The notes: a model not told the origin generated them from the sequence alone. Numbered from the whole stretch's first letter, positions 34,301 to 48,132 are shown. The stretch is 62,752 nucleotides of DNA, filler included, from Asterionella formosa (GCA_002256025.1; 16 parts of 16 records of this genome joined end to end with filler, not necessarily neighbours in it), one strand, 5' to 3'. Numbers and translations are program-made.

Positions 34301-37169
34301 GGCAAACCTTTATTGGATCCTGGTCAATTTCTTCCGCTGGTTCCTCCCAAGGATCGTTTTCTCCTTTGATGATGTCAACATCAAAATTCCTTCCAATCAT
34401 ACTCGTCATGGCACTTTCACTCATTTCAGTCGTCACAGAGGTTGTACTTGTTCTTCGAGGCTTGCTTGAATCACTTGTTTTAGCGATATCAGTAACGGAG
34501 GCTGCAGCAGCAATTTTGCTTCGTAGTTCAAGAATTTCAATCTCAGCTTTCGCAAGATCTTCATCACGATCCACCGATTCTCGAGCAAGTCTTTCATTTT
34601 CCTGCTTCAACGCTTCCATTTCCTCTAGGAGTCGATCGATTTCAATCTCATCTGTCGTCCGGCTTCGCTGGTCATGGTCCGGCCCTGTCAAAATTCCCAT
34701 TTTTTGAAATTGTCCTGTAGACACCACTTCGGTCTTTTTATCAATATTATTATCCATGGGTCTGCCATTTCCCATACTACCAGGATCTGAATGCTTTTCT
34801 AAATGGGCATTCAGTGAGCTCCACTTCTTCTTGCTTTGTTGTCCATTCTCCGGAAGGCCATGATCTGAGATGCTAGCTGATGGGAGTTCTTCGGCCTCTT
34901 TCTGCGCTGCCAATAGCGACAAATGACCATCGCATTTCGTAATATTCAATTCCCTAGTAACAGCGTTAAGCTCCCTTTTCATTTCCTCTTCAGTTATGGA
35001 CTTTTGCCCTGTTGCATGAAGTTCTTCGTCTGTCACATCCAATGCGGTCTTCATTTTATCGGAAGCACTAACCAGTAACGTTGAAAGTTGGGCTAAATCC
35101 TTGTCAGTGTCGTGATCATCATTTCTTGAAACCATTTTTCCTTTGAAATTATTAAGCAGCTCACCAGTGTCATCATGTTCTGTGTATGAAGGTCGGATGT
35201 TTGTCCCCGACCCAGTATCTGTCATCCCGTCAAAAGTTTGATTTACGTACTGAAATGTAGATGCCACCGTTTCTGAGACATGACAGGACGATAATGGAAC
35301 GCTTCCCCCTTCGGACAATTTTCGCTGTCTATGTCCCTCCAGATTTTCCTTTGGCAATGGATTATTTCTTCTTAAGCCCTCTATTGCTTGTCCTACAAGG
35401 TCCGCTTCCTCAACCGTTTCTGATATCAGCGGCACTTCGAATCCTGGAATCGCTGAAAAACCAATTCCCTCGTTGTGCGCGTCCATCAGGACAACATTAC
35501 TGCAGGCATTGTTTTCTGTTGATTTTCCCAACAGATTTTCTTTAAAATCATGAATCCCACTTTTACTACCACCAGATATCTGCGGAGTTTTTTCAGATTC
35601 TATGGATTTCTCAGTCACCGGAGATCTTGACCCCGGAGTGAATGACGAGCCCCTTCTCCTTCCCACCCCACTCGTGGTATCGCGACTACTGTCATCTTTG
35701 CTTTCCATACGCTGTCCTGATACGTAAGTTCCAAACCGAATAGCAGATAAAGTTTCGTTTACATGCCGAGAGAGTGGATTTGCGGTGACTATCACGGATA
35801 CTCCAGCCGCTCGTCCTAGGGCTACTTGTAACAATCTGGTTAGTGCTGACTCTGCATAGGGTGGAGAGGACGATCGGTCATTCAGTGCAAGAGCCCTTAA
35901 GCACTTCCTCAATGCCCCCAGTGATCGTCTGACTGCCTTGGATTCATTTATTAATAAACTATCAGCGTCCGAAGGAGGCCGATGAACCAACGACGAATTT
36001 GCTAAATCCACCAAGAATAAGGACGACGTCGTTCGTTTTCCTCGTGACCGGCTATATCTTTCCAACTTCAAAACAACCACAGAGTGAGAACGTGAGCTGT
36101 GGGAGTGTTTTCTTTCTAGGCGCTCAGCTCGATTTGACATTCCAGTCTGGAAATAGTCTATGACTTCCGATTCTTTATTGCACATCTTTTCCACTATTTG
36201 GTCAACAGCGAGTTCCTGATCACCACCGACATCGTCCACAGCCTGTCCCAACAGATCAATTACGTGCTCATTTGCTACTTCAAGGAATGAAAATCGAATG
36301 CTAGGCTCTTCCTTTTTGTTCAGCGCGTTCAAGGTTTTCCTAATCCTTCTGATTCTTTCAAATACATCCTGAACAACTCGGTGAGTGATGCCGGCATTTT
36401 CGTCCAATTCAAATAAGGGACCCACTTCCACTGCAGCTGGCGCGTATGTGCCAGAAGAAAACGCCTTGTGTCGGCCTTTGGCAGTTATGACTTGACCGGG
36501 AAGTTGAGTTGCAGCGACATCGCGATTGCCTCCATCCCCTTTATATCGACTGACCCCGGAACTACCAATAGAGCTCATGTCATCATCGTTATCGACATCT
36601 TCTTCCTCTTTCGTCGACGGCCCATTCATAGTAAACGACTTCCCGCTTCCTTGCTCTCCGTACGCGAGGATACAACAATTCCTCCCAGACAAAAAATCAG
36701 ATACCAGAGCAGCCACTGACTCCTTGTAGACGCTGGTTTGTGGTGATTTATCGTCAAAAACCTAAGCATACGCACAGACAGTTAGTGCAATGATTACATG
36801 CAGTACGAGATGAAAGATAATAGGTGAAACAAACCAAACTGGAGCCAAAAGGAGCGGTCAAACGTCCACCATGGTCATCGTGACCCTTCCAGCGTGTCCA
36901 CAAATGACGCAGGATGCTTTGGATTGAATAAAAATGGTACACTCAAAGGCGCAGGGGCAATAATGGGTGTCCGATTCGACCGACATTATTCCAAATATTT
37001 ATGTACGCACCCTATCGAAATTGAAATGTTTGGTGGCCCCTTCATTTCTGACTGAAACTCTTGCTTTGTCTTGATTGACCTTAACACATCCGTATCGTTC
37101 TTCCTTCTGTTCCTCATTGTTCATAGGGCGAAGCCGAAACGTCACCCGCACATTGTTTGTTTTCAACAT
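31331..37169 (-). CDS. Kinesin-1-like protein with two tandem motor domains (~1837 aa, 3 exons)
   Basis: Exons 37169-37011, 36761-31983 and 31906-31331, joined by phase-0 GT-AG introns. Motor 1: VRVTFRLRP, FNFDR|VF, GEQGSGKS, SSRSH, LVDLAN. Motor 2: IKVCLRLRP, FSFDHVF, GLSGSGKT, PNRSH, LAELAGFE, VPYREAKLT. A coiled-coil stalk follows. Confidence 0.9.
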
Positions 37170-38039
37170 CGTGTGGGGATTCTTGCATTATGTACAGTAG
37201 TAGATTTGCTTAATTTCTTCTTCCATCGAGAGTTGGTCTTTTATCAATACATTTAGCGGTATATACCGGTATTACGGGCGGAATATAATTTTTACATATT
37301 ATGTTCCGTTAAAAACGCCTCGGTCTATGCAGTCTACCAGTACCAGGTACCAGGTACTCCGTACAAGCTGGTAGTACCTGGAGAAGGTCTGGTAAAACAC
37401 TTTTTTACTTACAAAAATGTTCAGCTAAATATCTCGATTACCGGACCTTCGCGTAACGGTAGCTACCGGTAGTCGTGTACCTGTTGTAAATGTCCCTGTA
37501 TGTTATTTCTACGAAGAACTTTCAGTCCTACGAGTCGTATCCAGTCAAACTACCGGTAGTATGCATAAAATGAAGGGTTCTGCGTGCGAACACACATTTT
37601 GCCTCATGGAAGTCACAGTCAGTTGCACTTTAGCTACTGCTGAACGAAACCATGCAAATTTTAACCCAAGACTTGATGTGCATGACAAAATACACAACAT
37701 GGGCAGCAGATGTACAAGCTGGATTTAAATGCCCTGGCAGTTCCTACACATTTTGCATTATTGTATGCAAAAACTTCGTTTCCTCCCAATTTTGAAGATG
37801 CTGATTCTAGACCTCTAAGATGAACCAGCTCCTGTTTTATCCAGGATGTGGAGTGCTAATGATTAAGGTTAGGATAAAGCTATGGTTGAGGTACTTGAGT
37901 TCTGCATGAATCTGTAGAAAGCACAGGATAGCATGAAAATCTAAATCAACAACTTGCTTTGATGACCTACTAGATCTCCAATGCCTTGGCTGGAAGAAAC
38001 TATGCAGAGGAGGAAATAGCAATTAATTTCCCACCATAA

Positions 38040-38250
38040 AACATGACCAAATAATTCACCATTGACAACACAAAATAGGCATAAGTTTGTTGTTGTTTTG
38101 GAATTTGGGTACTAGTCAAGAGGGCCATTGCTGGGGGAACACATATCTTGCTTAAATTCAAGGAAGCCATTGATGTCCTGCAGTTTCTCCATTCACCATT
38201 TTTAGATTGGTTTCTACTTGATCACAGTCGTGGTCACTCCAAGCAATTAA
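38040..38250 (+). pseudogene. Relic of a DDE transposase (Tc1/mariner-IS630-like)
   Basis: Frameshifted remnant FVVVLEFG-SQEGH-WGNTYL-EAIDVLQFLH-WFLLDHSRGHSKQ, resembling the EGYW...LFDHSxGH segment of such transposases. Confidence 0.45.
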
Positions 38251-39804
38251 CAGTCAAACTCAACCAGCCTCAAATGAAATAAATTGAGACAGTATCATCA
38301 TTGTACTAGTATTTCTGAATCCTTGTGATGAGTGGTCTGCTTTATTTGCAATGTACACATTGAGGACTATTGGCAGAAAGTGAGTCCTAGTTGATGTGGT
38401 GTGACTGCTGATTATTGCATGCAACGACGGCCACCAGGCCTCGAGTAAGCCCGCCCCTATTTCTGAAAAGAGTGAGGAGATTGGGTGTCCCCTGCCTCCA
38501 TGCACCCTGCCGAAACTGGCAGCACTCATCTTATTTGAACTACTATCATAAAGTTTCCATCATGCTTGAATTGCTATGGTTTCCTCACGCACTGAACTGT
38601 CGGAGGCCAAGACAATTTTACCCCATTTCAATGGTTTTTCTCCAGGGTGGAATCCATCCGTCAAGTCATTTTTGCTAGCGGTCGACATGAGAATGACTTG
38701 AGAGGTTGAAAAATAGAAAGATCAGTTAATAAAAATCATGCAAGAAGGTGTAAATATGCCTTTCACTTGCTTTCTTATCATCATACTGCTAGGTCAAAAA
38801 AAGAGACTTTGTTGATTGCTGCATTTTTTGACTCTCTGTATATTGGTATCATTTTATTATTCTCTTCCCTTACCACAGATTTGCGAGTGAAATCCATATG
38901 GTGCTGTTGTAAGGTGCATAGTGGCATCTCTGCGCCTGCTTTTCCTAGCTAGCAGCTGCCATTGTTTGTAGTCCATCATCAGGGTTGAGGATGCCAGTAA
39001 CAAGGATCATGTACCAATCAACCATCGCATGTGGTGTTCACGCTTTGAATTGTATGGCAGAAATTTGATGCAGATTTCAGCTTTTCTGAGTAAAGTCCAT
39101 AGGGTACTGTTGCAAAGGTCCATAGTACCTCTGCAATTACTAATAAAAGCTAGTTGCAGCCATTATTATTTCTAGTGTATCATCAGAGTTGATGATCACA
39201 CCATGTGCTTTCGCTTTTAGGATTGCGAGTCGATAAAATACCCTCATAAACTAGTTCAGACATTCGATTTGTTTCATCTAAACAGGTCAGTTGTAGTTAA
39301 TGATAAAAATCAATCATTTCCTTCTTGAGATAAAAAATAGTCTTCATCACCTAACAGGTGACATCATCTCGCACATTTTTCCATTCTTTTGAATAGACAT
39401 TAGATGAATTCTATCAAATGTTGGGCTAGTTTAGTAGCAGCCATTGTAGTAGTAGAAGTTGTGGTGACTGGTGACTGCATGTGATGGTTAATCATTGTTC
39501 TTCCTAGCTACTTTAGTAGTCTTCCAGTTGGAGTATGGATGTGAAAAATTCATGTGCAACGTTATAATGCTTATCTGTTTCATCATCATTTACAGTATCA
39601 ATCCACGTTTCTTAGTATAAAATCAGTTATAATGCACACCTATGTCATACCATACAAATTGTCAAGTATTCTCATGCCTGAGGTAACCACAAAACAATGG
39701 AACTTGGCCTGACGATAACAACAGAATAGAAATGAATCATACCATATTGAAGTTTTTTATGCATTAAATTACTTTCTTATACATTGTTGATTGCTTTGCA
39801 AATA

Positions 39805-41399
39805 TTATGCGGCAGATAATTTCTTGAGCATGAATATGCTGGAAAGTGAGTCCTGGACAGCAGCATCTGGAGTTGATGCTCCCGATGTTACACCCATGAC
39901 AACATCCTTGGACAAATCTCGGATAAAACTTTCGGTGATAATTTCACCGTCCACTGTTCGGTGAGTAATGGTATTGTCGGCTCCAATGCAATCAGCTCTG
40001 TTTATATGGAATGCTCTGATACCAGCATGCACAGGAATCTCCAACAAATGAGCGGTGTTGGACGAATCCCAGCCACCTACAACAAGAATGAAATCCAATC
40101 CAAGTTCATCCTTATTCTCCACCAATTCGTGTACAGCGTCTTGTCGTTCCTGTGGTCAAGTAATTAGTGTTGGTTCTCATAATGCCGTCGCACAATAGAC
40201 TAAGAAATTCCAGCTAACTCACCTGAGTGGCATCGCAAATGGTATCAAATTCCATGTAATGCTGCTTGACATCAACTGGTCCAAATTTCTTCATCATGGT
40301 CTTTTGAAACAATTGTCCAATTGCACGGGTTTCTTTGCGGTACATCGTAGTTTGGTTTGCCAAACCAACATTTGCAAGCATGGTATCTGGATCGAATCCC
40401 TTGCTAACTGCGTATTTGAAGTACTCCAAAAAAGCAGCCTTATCTCCGCCGTTGATGATGTAATCAGCAACCATCTCAGCCTCTTCCATGTTCTTGACAC
40501 AAATGTAGTCTTCGCAAAATGAAAGGGTTGCTACTGTTTCTTCGTGTCCATACTTTCCATGAATGATGGATGTAAGGCCCTTCTTTTGGTGGGTATCGAC
40601 AGTATTCCAAACTTTGCTTACCCAAGGGCAGGTAGTGTCGACAACTTCAACATTCTACACCATGGTGAGATATGAAACTATGGATTTGAAAGCAGGAGCT
40701 CCGGAGTATGAAAAAACTCACCTTTTTGTCAAGCATGTCCATTTCTTCAAACGAAGCTCCAAATGCAGGCAAAATGACGACATCACCTTCTCCAATCGTG
40801 TCGAAATTTTTCTTGCCTTCTCCAACCTTTTCGATAAATTTGACATTCATGTTGGCCAAATTATCATTGACTTCTGGATTGTGAATTAGTTCGTTCGTAA
40901 TGTGAATCGTCTTGCCAGGAAAGTGCGCCACTGCCTCGTAGGCCAACGCAATCGATCGTTCGACGCCCCAGCAGAATCCAAAGTCCTGTGTAGTTGAAAT
41001 GGAAATTCTTAGTGACAGTTGGCATGGGCGACCCCAGCAGAGTAAATAACCATTGCCAGGACTCAACATTTCAGGTCATTAACGTACCTTGGCAAGGTGA
41101 ACCTTAACCCCGTCCCTTTCAAGAACATACTGACCCGTCTTCATGTCGTTTACTAATCCCGACATGAATTGCTCTTTCATGACTGTCTCGACGCCTTCTC
41201 GGACTTCTTTAAATCCTTTGCGATGGAATTGCTTGTTCTGCATGAATCGCAAGCGTTCTGCTTTCTTTGTACTTTTCCCGTCTTCCTCCGTGGTGGTCGA
41301 TTGGCTAACAGCCGTTACAAAGGCTCGTCGATTCACAGTAGGGGCAAAAGCGGACGCCGAAGCGGCCAACATGACAATAGCGGCACTCGTAAACTTCAT
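39805..41399 (-). CDS. ispH: 4-hydroxy-3-methylbut-2-enyl diphosphate reductase (HDR/LytB), plastid-targeted, 4 exons, 450 aa
   Basis: Exons 41399-41088, 40985-40722, 40654-40223 and 40149-39805. Motifs [43 protein letters not shown] and [10 protein letters not shown]-terminus [20 protein letters not shown]. Confidence 0.96.
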
Positions 41400-42488
41400 G
41401 GCTTGGTACGTTGCTTTTACTTTGATGATAAGAGCAAATCTTGCGTTTCGATCGAATCTGGCTTTTAAGTGGATTTTTCCGGTATGTTGGTTGCGTTCCC
41501 CCGACCGTGATGTACGTACCGGTACCTGGTAGTGCGTTCGGATCAGCTGGCTGAGGATGGTGAATACAGAAACGCACACCGCGATATTACGTGGGACTAC
41601 ATAGACTACTGTACATTCATATATGCTCTCAACTTGATCCCTTCAATGGCTTCCACTCGGCGAAAGACGCATCTCGTTAGGCACTTCAACAGGCATACGC
41701 CGGACAGTCATTCGCTCTCCTTTCGAAGCAAGTCAGGTACTCCTGGTATATAGAGCAGACTACACGGTCGTACCGGTATGATTCTACAGCAGGGGGTGAC
41801 GAGGTCTTCTTTATCACTCCTGTCAATTTAACGGTTCTCGACGGACCTACACCCCTACTTTGGACCAAGACTGGTGTACCGGTATGTCGGCAGGCATGCA
41901 TACATATGGAGAGGGTGTCTAATGGTGAAAGCTCCGTTGAGCGTTATACATTTTTATTTAAGGGATGAAAAGTATGTGTTTGATTAGTCTGACTCAATAA
42001 GTTTTTAACCCTACCTCGAGCTAGGGGTTCAAATACAGGAACCTTCAGCGTCAGTATGGCGACCGTCCTTACGAATCCCTGCTATCACCGGTATCATGCA
42101 AAAACTGTTGGGAAGCAAAAAAATGCATGATAAGATTCGGGATTAATATTGCTTGCACCTTGGCGAAAAGTAATTGCGGGCAGTCTGAAGTGAGCAAAAG
42201 CTCTATGAATGTGCCGCTGACTGCAATAAACTCTCGCTCTCTTGCTCATACTAGTACTATAGGTATTTGCAATCTTTATTACTGAAAAATGAGTTGGGAG
42301 GAGAAAACAAGGAGTGAGGGGAAGAGGAAGGGATCAGTGGATTGAATAACGTTCAACGCAGAAGAATACCCGGTAGTCAACGAGTACACACAGATATATA
42401 TATATATACTTAATCGTGGTTGTGACACAATACATAGGATCATGAGCGAGTGGAATAAATGTTTGCGCTTGTCGTGTTCCTTTCTATT

Positions 42489-43708
42489 TTATTTTAAGCA
42501 ACTTATTGATACAACGGAGCGCCACTGTCGTTCAGAGGGAATGATTGGCATATACTGCACTACAGCAAATGCCATGGATTGACACCAAATATACATTCTT
42601 ACATTATTCAGTGAGTGAAACGTAGCCATGATCCCAAAGTCATCAGCTCCTCCTTCCAGGTCATCCAAGATACCGAGATTGAGCTTGAAACCATCGAGGA
42701 ATTGTTGATCAGTTGAGTTGACCCCGAAGTGCTTTTTCTTGGAGATGTTCACGGCAGCACATGCATGTTGATCTTTGGCGTGACCTTGGTTTATGTAAGC
42801 AGAACAATGATGCATATACTTCTTGGCGGCTGTAGAATAGATGCCACGATCATGATGATTCGTACTTCTAGATGCTGTATGAATCGGCTGCGCACCATTT
42901 TCCTTGACAATACGTACCTCAGTGGCCAGAAATGAACGTAGACAGTTGTTCCATCTCTCCTTGCTATATTCAAAGAGGGAATCAATATCTTCGTCACTCA
43001 TATCGATATTGATGGGATCATTGGGGCTGAAATGAAATGTCTTATACTTGGCAACCACCTTGACGATTTTCGGTTCATGTTCATGAAAGATACAAGTCAC
43101 TATATTGGGCGTTAGTACCAGTGGAATGCATCGGAGTTGCATACTCGATTTAGTAAGTTTAGAAGTACATGGAGTTACAAGAGCAGATGTTTCCGAAGCA
43201 ACACTAAAGGAACGATTCCTGGAAGCAATCTGAAATTGATCGTTGTTGTAACCTTCAGCGGTATGAGTGTATTGAAAGGCTAGAGGAATCCTTCGTTCTG
43301 TACCGATGACCTTGAGCTTGTGCTTGCGAATATTGGTGAACCAGTTATTGACTTGATCGGTTGTAAGTCCGCTCCCAACTGCAAGGGATTCCATCTCTTC
43401 TCTATCTGGATAGGGTTCTTTGTGTATGTGTTCGGCCAACCATTCATGTAAGAAAGCTACACTCGCCGTGGAAAACTATTGGCATTACTTTTTGGCTTCG
43501 AAAGGTCATCGTCTGGTTTGCGCTTGTGAGAGTTCTTGACAAAAGTGTTGTGATCTTTGGTAAAATCATGGGTTTGACTCCTATTTTTTCCTTTGATTGA
43601 TGGTGAATAATTTGCTTGTCGACACAACTTATGGCAGTCATTCTTTGCCTGTTTTGTAGTTTCTATGCACAATGCTGCTGAGGTTTGTTCCCCTCTATCT
43701 TGTAACAC
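42489..43708 (-). pseudogene. TALE-class (KN-type) homeobox gene with a frameshift at the start of the homeodomain
   Basis: ...NSFPRR / VAFLHEWLAEHIHKEPYPDREEMESLAVGSGLTTDQVNNWFTNIRKHK. A 1-bp shift near 43460 separates the ORFs 43457-43708 and 42489-43439. Confidence 0.7.
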
Positions 43709-43853
43709 GTATATTTTCTGTAGCCCTGTCAGGAGCGGCTTTGTTTTGCGGACACAGGGAGCACTTCACATCATGTACAAACTCGAACAAGAGCAAGATG
43801 CCGAGGCGCTCACAACACGTTTAAACCTTCAGACAAAAAAATTGTACACTAAT

Positions 43854-43855
<2 letters not shown>

Positions 43856-43940
<85 letters not shown>

Positions 43941-43949
43941 GGGGGGGGG
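43856..43949 (+). other. Poly-G run at the scaffold end, probable sequencing artefact
   Basis: About 94 nt of almost pure G immediately before the spacer, typical of two-colour Illumina no-signal calls. Confidence 0.8.
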
Positions 43950-44049
43950 NNNNNNNNNNNNNNNNNNNNNNNNNNNNNNNNNNNNNNNNNNNNTTAATTA
44001 ATTAANNNNNNNNNNNNNNNNNNNNNNNNNNNNNNNNNNNNNNNNNNNN

Positions 44050-46039
44050 AGGGCGATATAAGGTTCGCTCCCTGTCTCTTGCAATCATCAAACCGCACTT
44101 TTTGGAGCCCATTCATTCAGCAACAATTCTCGGGGGGAACGACGGGCATGATAGGATCAGAAGAAGGTAAAGTATCATCAAAAGGAGGATGTAAAATGGG
44201 ATCAGAAAGAGTTGAAGTAGGATCAGAGGAAGGTAAAGTAGGAATAGAAGGAACCTCTTTTGGATCAATCTTGCAGATATGCCGCATTGTCTTTGGAATG
44301 CTTCTTCGTTTTTCTGATTGACCTCCAAGCGCTTGAAATGAATGTTGAGCTCCTTCTCTAGCAGCCGTCGTGAGGAGGCAACGTTCCGGTTATTAATTTT
44401 ATCATGATCCTACTCCTGCTCCAATTGAAGTTTGAGCCTCTCCACCGCCTTGACAATTAAGGAGGCTTCCTCCTGCTCAGCATCATTTAGTTTCTGGCAT
44501 TTCGTCGCTCCTTGGTCTTTCCAACTGTAGCGAGTATTTTTATGTGTCCAATGGATGATACGAAATGATACGTGTGTCTTGGCTGAGAACTACAATACAA
44601 TAGAAAGTATTCCATGAGATCAGTCAGGATATGTACCAACATCAGGTTCGATGACCACAATCACGATCACGAACGTTTGCTTGAACCACCATTGGGACAG
44701 TATGGCGTTGCTTGAGGTGGTTGGGAAGAAGGAGAAAGGCGACAGGCCGATGTGAAGGCCTTTGATTCCAACAAGAGCAATCACGACAATGGTAATTTTG
44801 AGTGTTTATGATTTCCATTGTAACAATTACAAACAATATACCCCCGAGACTATCATTTTTTCATCGAAATTATAGATCAAATCATGACATCAGGTTATTT
44901 GACATGTACCGTATTTTAGTCTTTAATCTTCAGGACCATAAGGAGGCAATGAAATTTCCTGAATACCGAAATACAACGATTTTGCCTTAATAGCTTCTCA
45001 ATCTTCAATCGTCGTATTTCAGGTCCATAAGCTTCGGCCTAGTTAACTAACAGATGCTATAACTTGAAAACGAAGACATAGATTTACCTGAAAGGAGTTC
45101 GACTTATTGAAAAATAGCATATATAAAGTGATCAATATATATACTCAGCAACGTAGATGCTAATAGGCATTGGATCGAAGTATCGTAGTGAAAGAATTTA
45201 GGGGACTGTCGGTAGATAGATTTTACTCTACCGGTATTGGTATTTCCGGACAACATAAAAGAGTACCGGTAGGTAAAGATTGGCTAGATTGCCAATCAAT
45301 TGATATCTACTGATCATCACGCTGGTGGTCATACACAGCTAGTCTGTATTTAGGCTATTATTACACAGATGCATGATTTCATGCTAATGTAGCTACATTA
45401 TTTTTTTTCACTATTTTTCATTAGCTGTATATTGATTGTTTTCACTTCATTTCGGGTATATGTATATTAAACATATACACTCCTACCAATAATAGACTTG
45501 GTCCTTTATTTACTGTAATATAGTGCTATAGTATGTGTACTCGTGGTGACTCAATATTAAGTACCAGGTACTCTAAATACATAAAATGGTCTATTCCCTC
45601 TTACACGTACCCTGGTAACCAGTCGATAGGAGCAAATGGGCGCCGGTACTAGGTACTGGCACCTGGTACCAGAACCGGTATTGTCGCTAGCTTTGTGCAA
45701 TGTACTCTAGTACTAGTAAAGTACTAGTGCTAGCTTCGACTACGGGTTTAACTGGGAGTTTAATTTTTTACGACTACATTCCCGGTATACCTATAGTAGT
45801 CCCGAAATTCTACCAAGGTAGCTAGTATTTTCTCGTAGGCCTCGGTAGGCTTCTACTGAGGACAGAAAATACCTCCAAGGTACCAATATTGGCAAATATT
45901 TACGTGGTCTAGCATGAGGTATGTCTGTACCAGCTCAAAATTCTACCTTGGAGAATTTTTGGTAGATTTTTTTTCCTCGTTTGGGAAGCATATTCTAGCT
46001 AACTCATCATAATAACGAGGTTAGGGTTAACAGTGATAT
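44050..46039 (-). repeat. 1.99-kb multicopy sequence, copy 2
   Basis: Reverse complement of 10461-12450 with a few SNPs. Confidence 0.95.
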
Positions 46040-46139
46040 NNNNNNNNNNNNNNNNNNNNNNNNNNNNNNNNNNNNNNNNNNNNTTAATTAATTAANNNNN
46101 NNNNNNNNNNNNNNNNNNNNNNNNNNNNNNNNNNNNNNN

Positions 46140-48132
46140 AGGGCGATATAAGGTTCGCTCCCTGTCTCTTGCAATCATCAAACCGCACTTTTTGGAGCCC
46201 ATTCATTCAGCAACAATTCTCGGGGGGAACGACGGGCATGATAGGATCAGAAGAAGGTAAAGTATCATCAAAAGGAGGATGTAAAATGGGATCAGAAAGA
46301 GTTGAAGTAGGATCAGAGGAAGGTAAAGTAGGAATAGAAGGAACCTCTTTTGGATCAATCTTGCAGATATGCCGCATTGTCTTTGGAATGCTTCTTCGTT
46401 TTTCTGATTGACCTCCAAGCGCTTGAAATGAATGTTGAGCTCCTTCTCTAGCAGCCGTCGTGAGGAGGCAACGTTCCGGTTATTAATTTTATTATGATCC
46501 TACTCCTGCTCCAATTGAAGTTTGAGCCTCTCCACCGCCTTGACAATTAAGGAGGCTTCCTCCTGCTCAGCATCATTTAGTTTCTGGCATTTCGTCGCTC
46601 CTTGGTCTTTCCAACTGTAGCGAGTATTTTTATGTGTCCAATGGATGATACGAAATGATACGTGTGTCTTGGCTGAGAACTACAATACAATAGAAGGTAT
46701 TCCATGAGATCAGTCAGGATACGTACCAACATCAGGTTCGATGACCACAATCACGATCACGAACGTTTGCTTGAACCACCATTGGGACAGTATGGCGTTG
46801 CTTGAGGTGGTTGGGAAGAAGGAGAAAGGCGACAGGCCAATGTGAAGGCCTTTGATTCCAACAAGAGCAATCACGACAATGGTAATTTTGAGTGTTTATG
46901 ATTTCCATTGTAACAATTACAAACAATATACCCCCGAGACTATCATTTTTTCATCGAAATTATAGATCAAATCATGACATCAGGTTATTTGACATGTACC
47001 GTATTTTAGTCTTTAATCTTCAGGACCATAAGGAGGCAATGAAATTTCCTGAATACCGAAATACAACGATTTTGCCTTAATAGCTTCTCAATCTTCAATC
47101 GTCGTATTTCAGGTCTATAAGCTTCGGCCTAGTTAACTAACAGATGCTAGTATAACTTGAAAACGAAGACATAGATTTACCTGAAAGGAGTTCGACTTAT
47201 TGAAAAATAGCATATATATAGTGATCAATGTATATACTCAGCAACATAGATGCTAATAGACATTGGATCGAAGTATCGTAGTGAAAGAATTTAGGGGACT
47301 GTCGGTAGATAGATTTTACTCTACCGGTATTGGTATTTCCGGACAACATAAAAGAGTACCGGTAGGTAAAGATTGGCTAGATTGCCAATCAATTGATATC
47401 TACTGATCATCACGCTGGTGGTCATACACAGCTAGTCTGTATTTAGGCTATTATTACACAGATGCATGATTTCATACTAATGTAGCTACATTATTTTTTT
47501 TCACTATTTTTCATCAGCTATATATTGATTGTTTTCACTTCATTTCGGGTATATGTATATCAGACATATACACTCCTACCAATAATAGACTTGGTCCTTT
47601 ATTTACTGTAATATAGTGCTATGTTATGTGTACTCGTGGTGACTCAATATTAAGTACCAGGTACTCTAAATACATAAAATGGTCTATTCCCTCTTACACG
47701 TACCCTGGTAACCAGTCGATAGGAGCAAATGGGCGCCGGTACTAGGTACTGGCACCTGGTACCAGAACCGGTATTGTCGCTAGCTTTGTGCAATGTACTC
47801 TAGTACTAGTAAAGTACTAGTGCTAGCTTCGACTACGGGTTTAACTGGGAGTTTAATTTTTTACGACTACGTTCCCGGTATACCTATGGTAGTCCCGAAA
47901 TTCTACCAAGGTAGCTAGTATTTTCTCGTAGGCCTCGGTAGGCTTCTACTGAGGACAGAAAATACCTCCAAGGTACCAATATTGGCAAATATTTACGTGG
48001 TCTAGCATGAGGTATGTCTGTACCAGCTCAAAATTCTACCTTGGAGAATTTTTGGTAGATTTTTTTTCCTCGTTTGGGAAGCATATTCTAGCTAACTCAT
48101 CATAATAACGAGGTTAGGGTTAACAGTGATAT
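46140..48132 (-). repeat. 1.99-kb multicopy sequence, copy 3 (most diverged)
   Basis: Same sequence with additional SNPs and a 3-bp insertion near 47149. Confidence 0.95.

Noticed and set aside
32201..36729. Plus-strand ORFs overlapping the kinesin (and similar antisense ORFs over NLE1, PSMB3, ispH and the retroelements)
   Set aside because: Shadow ORFs of genuine coding regions, with no independent motifs.
43665..43997. Poly-glycine ORF or G-quadruplex
   Set aside because: It derives from a terminal poly-G run next to a gap, most likely a sequencing artefact.
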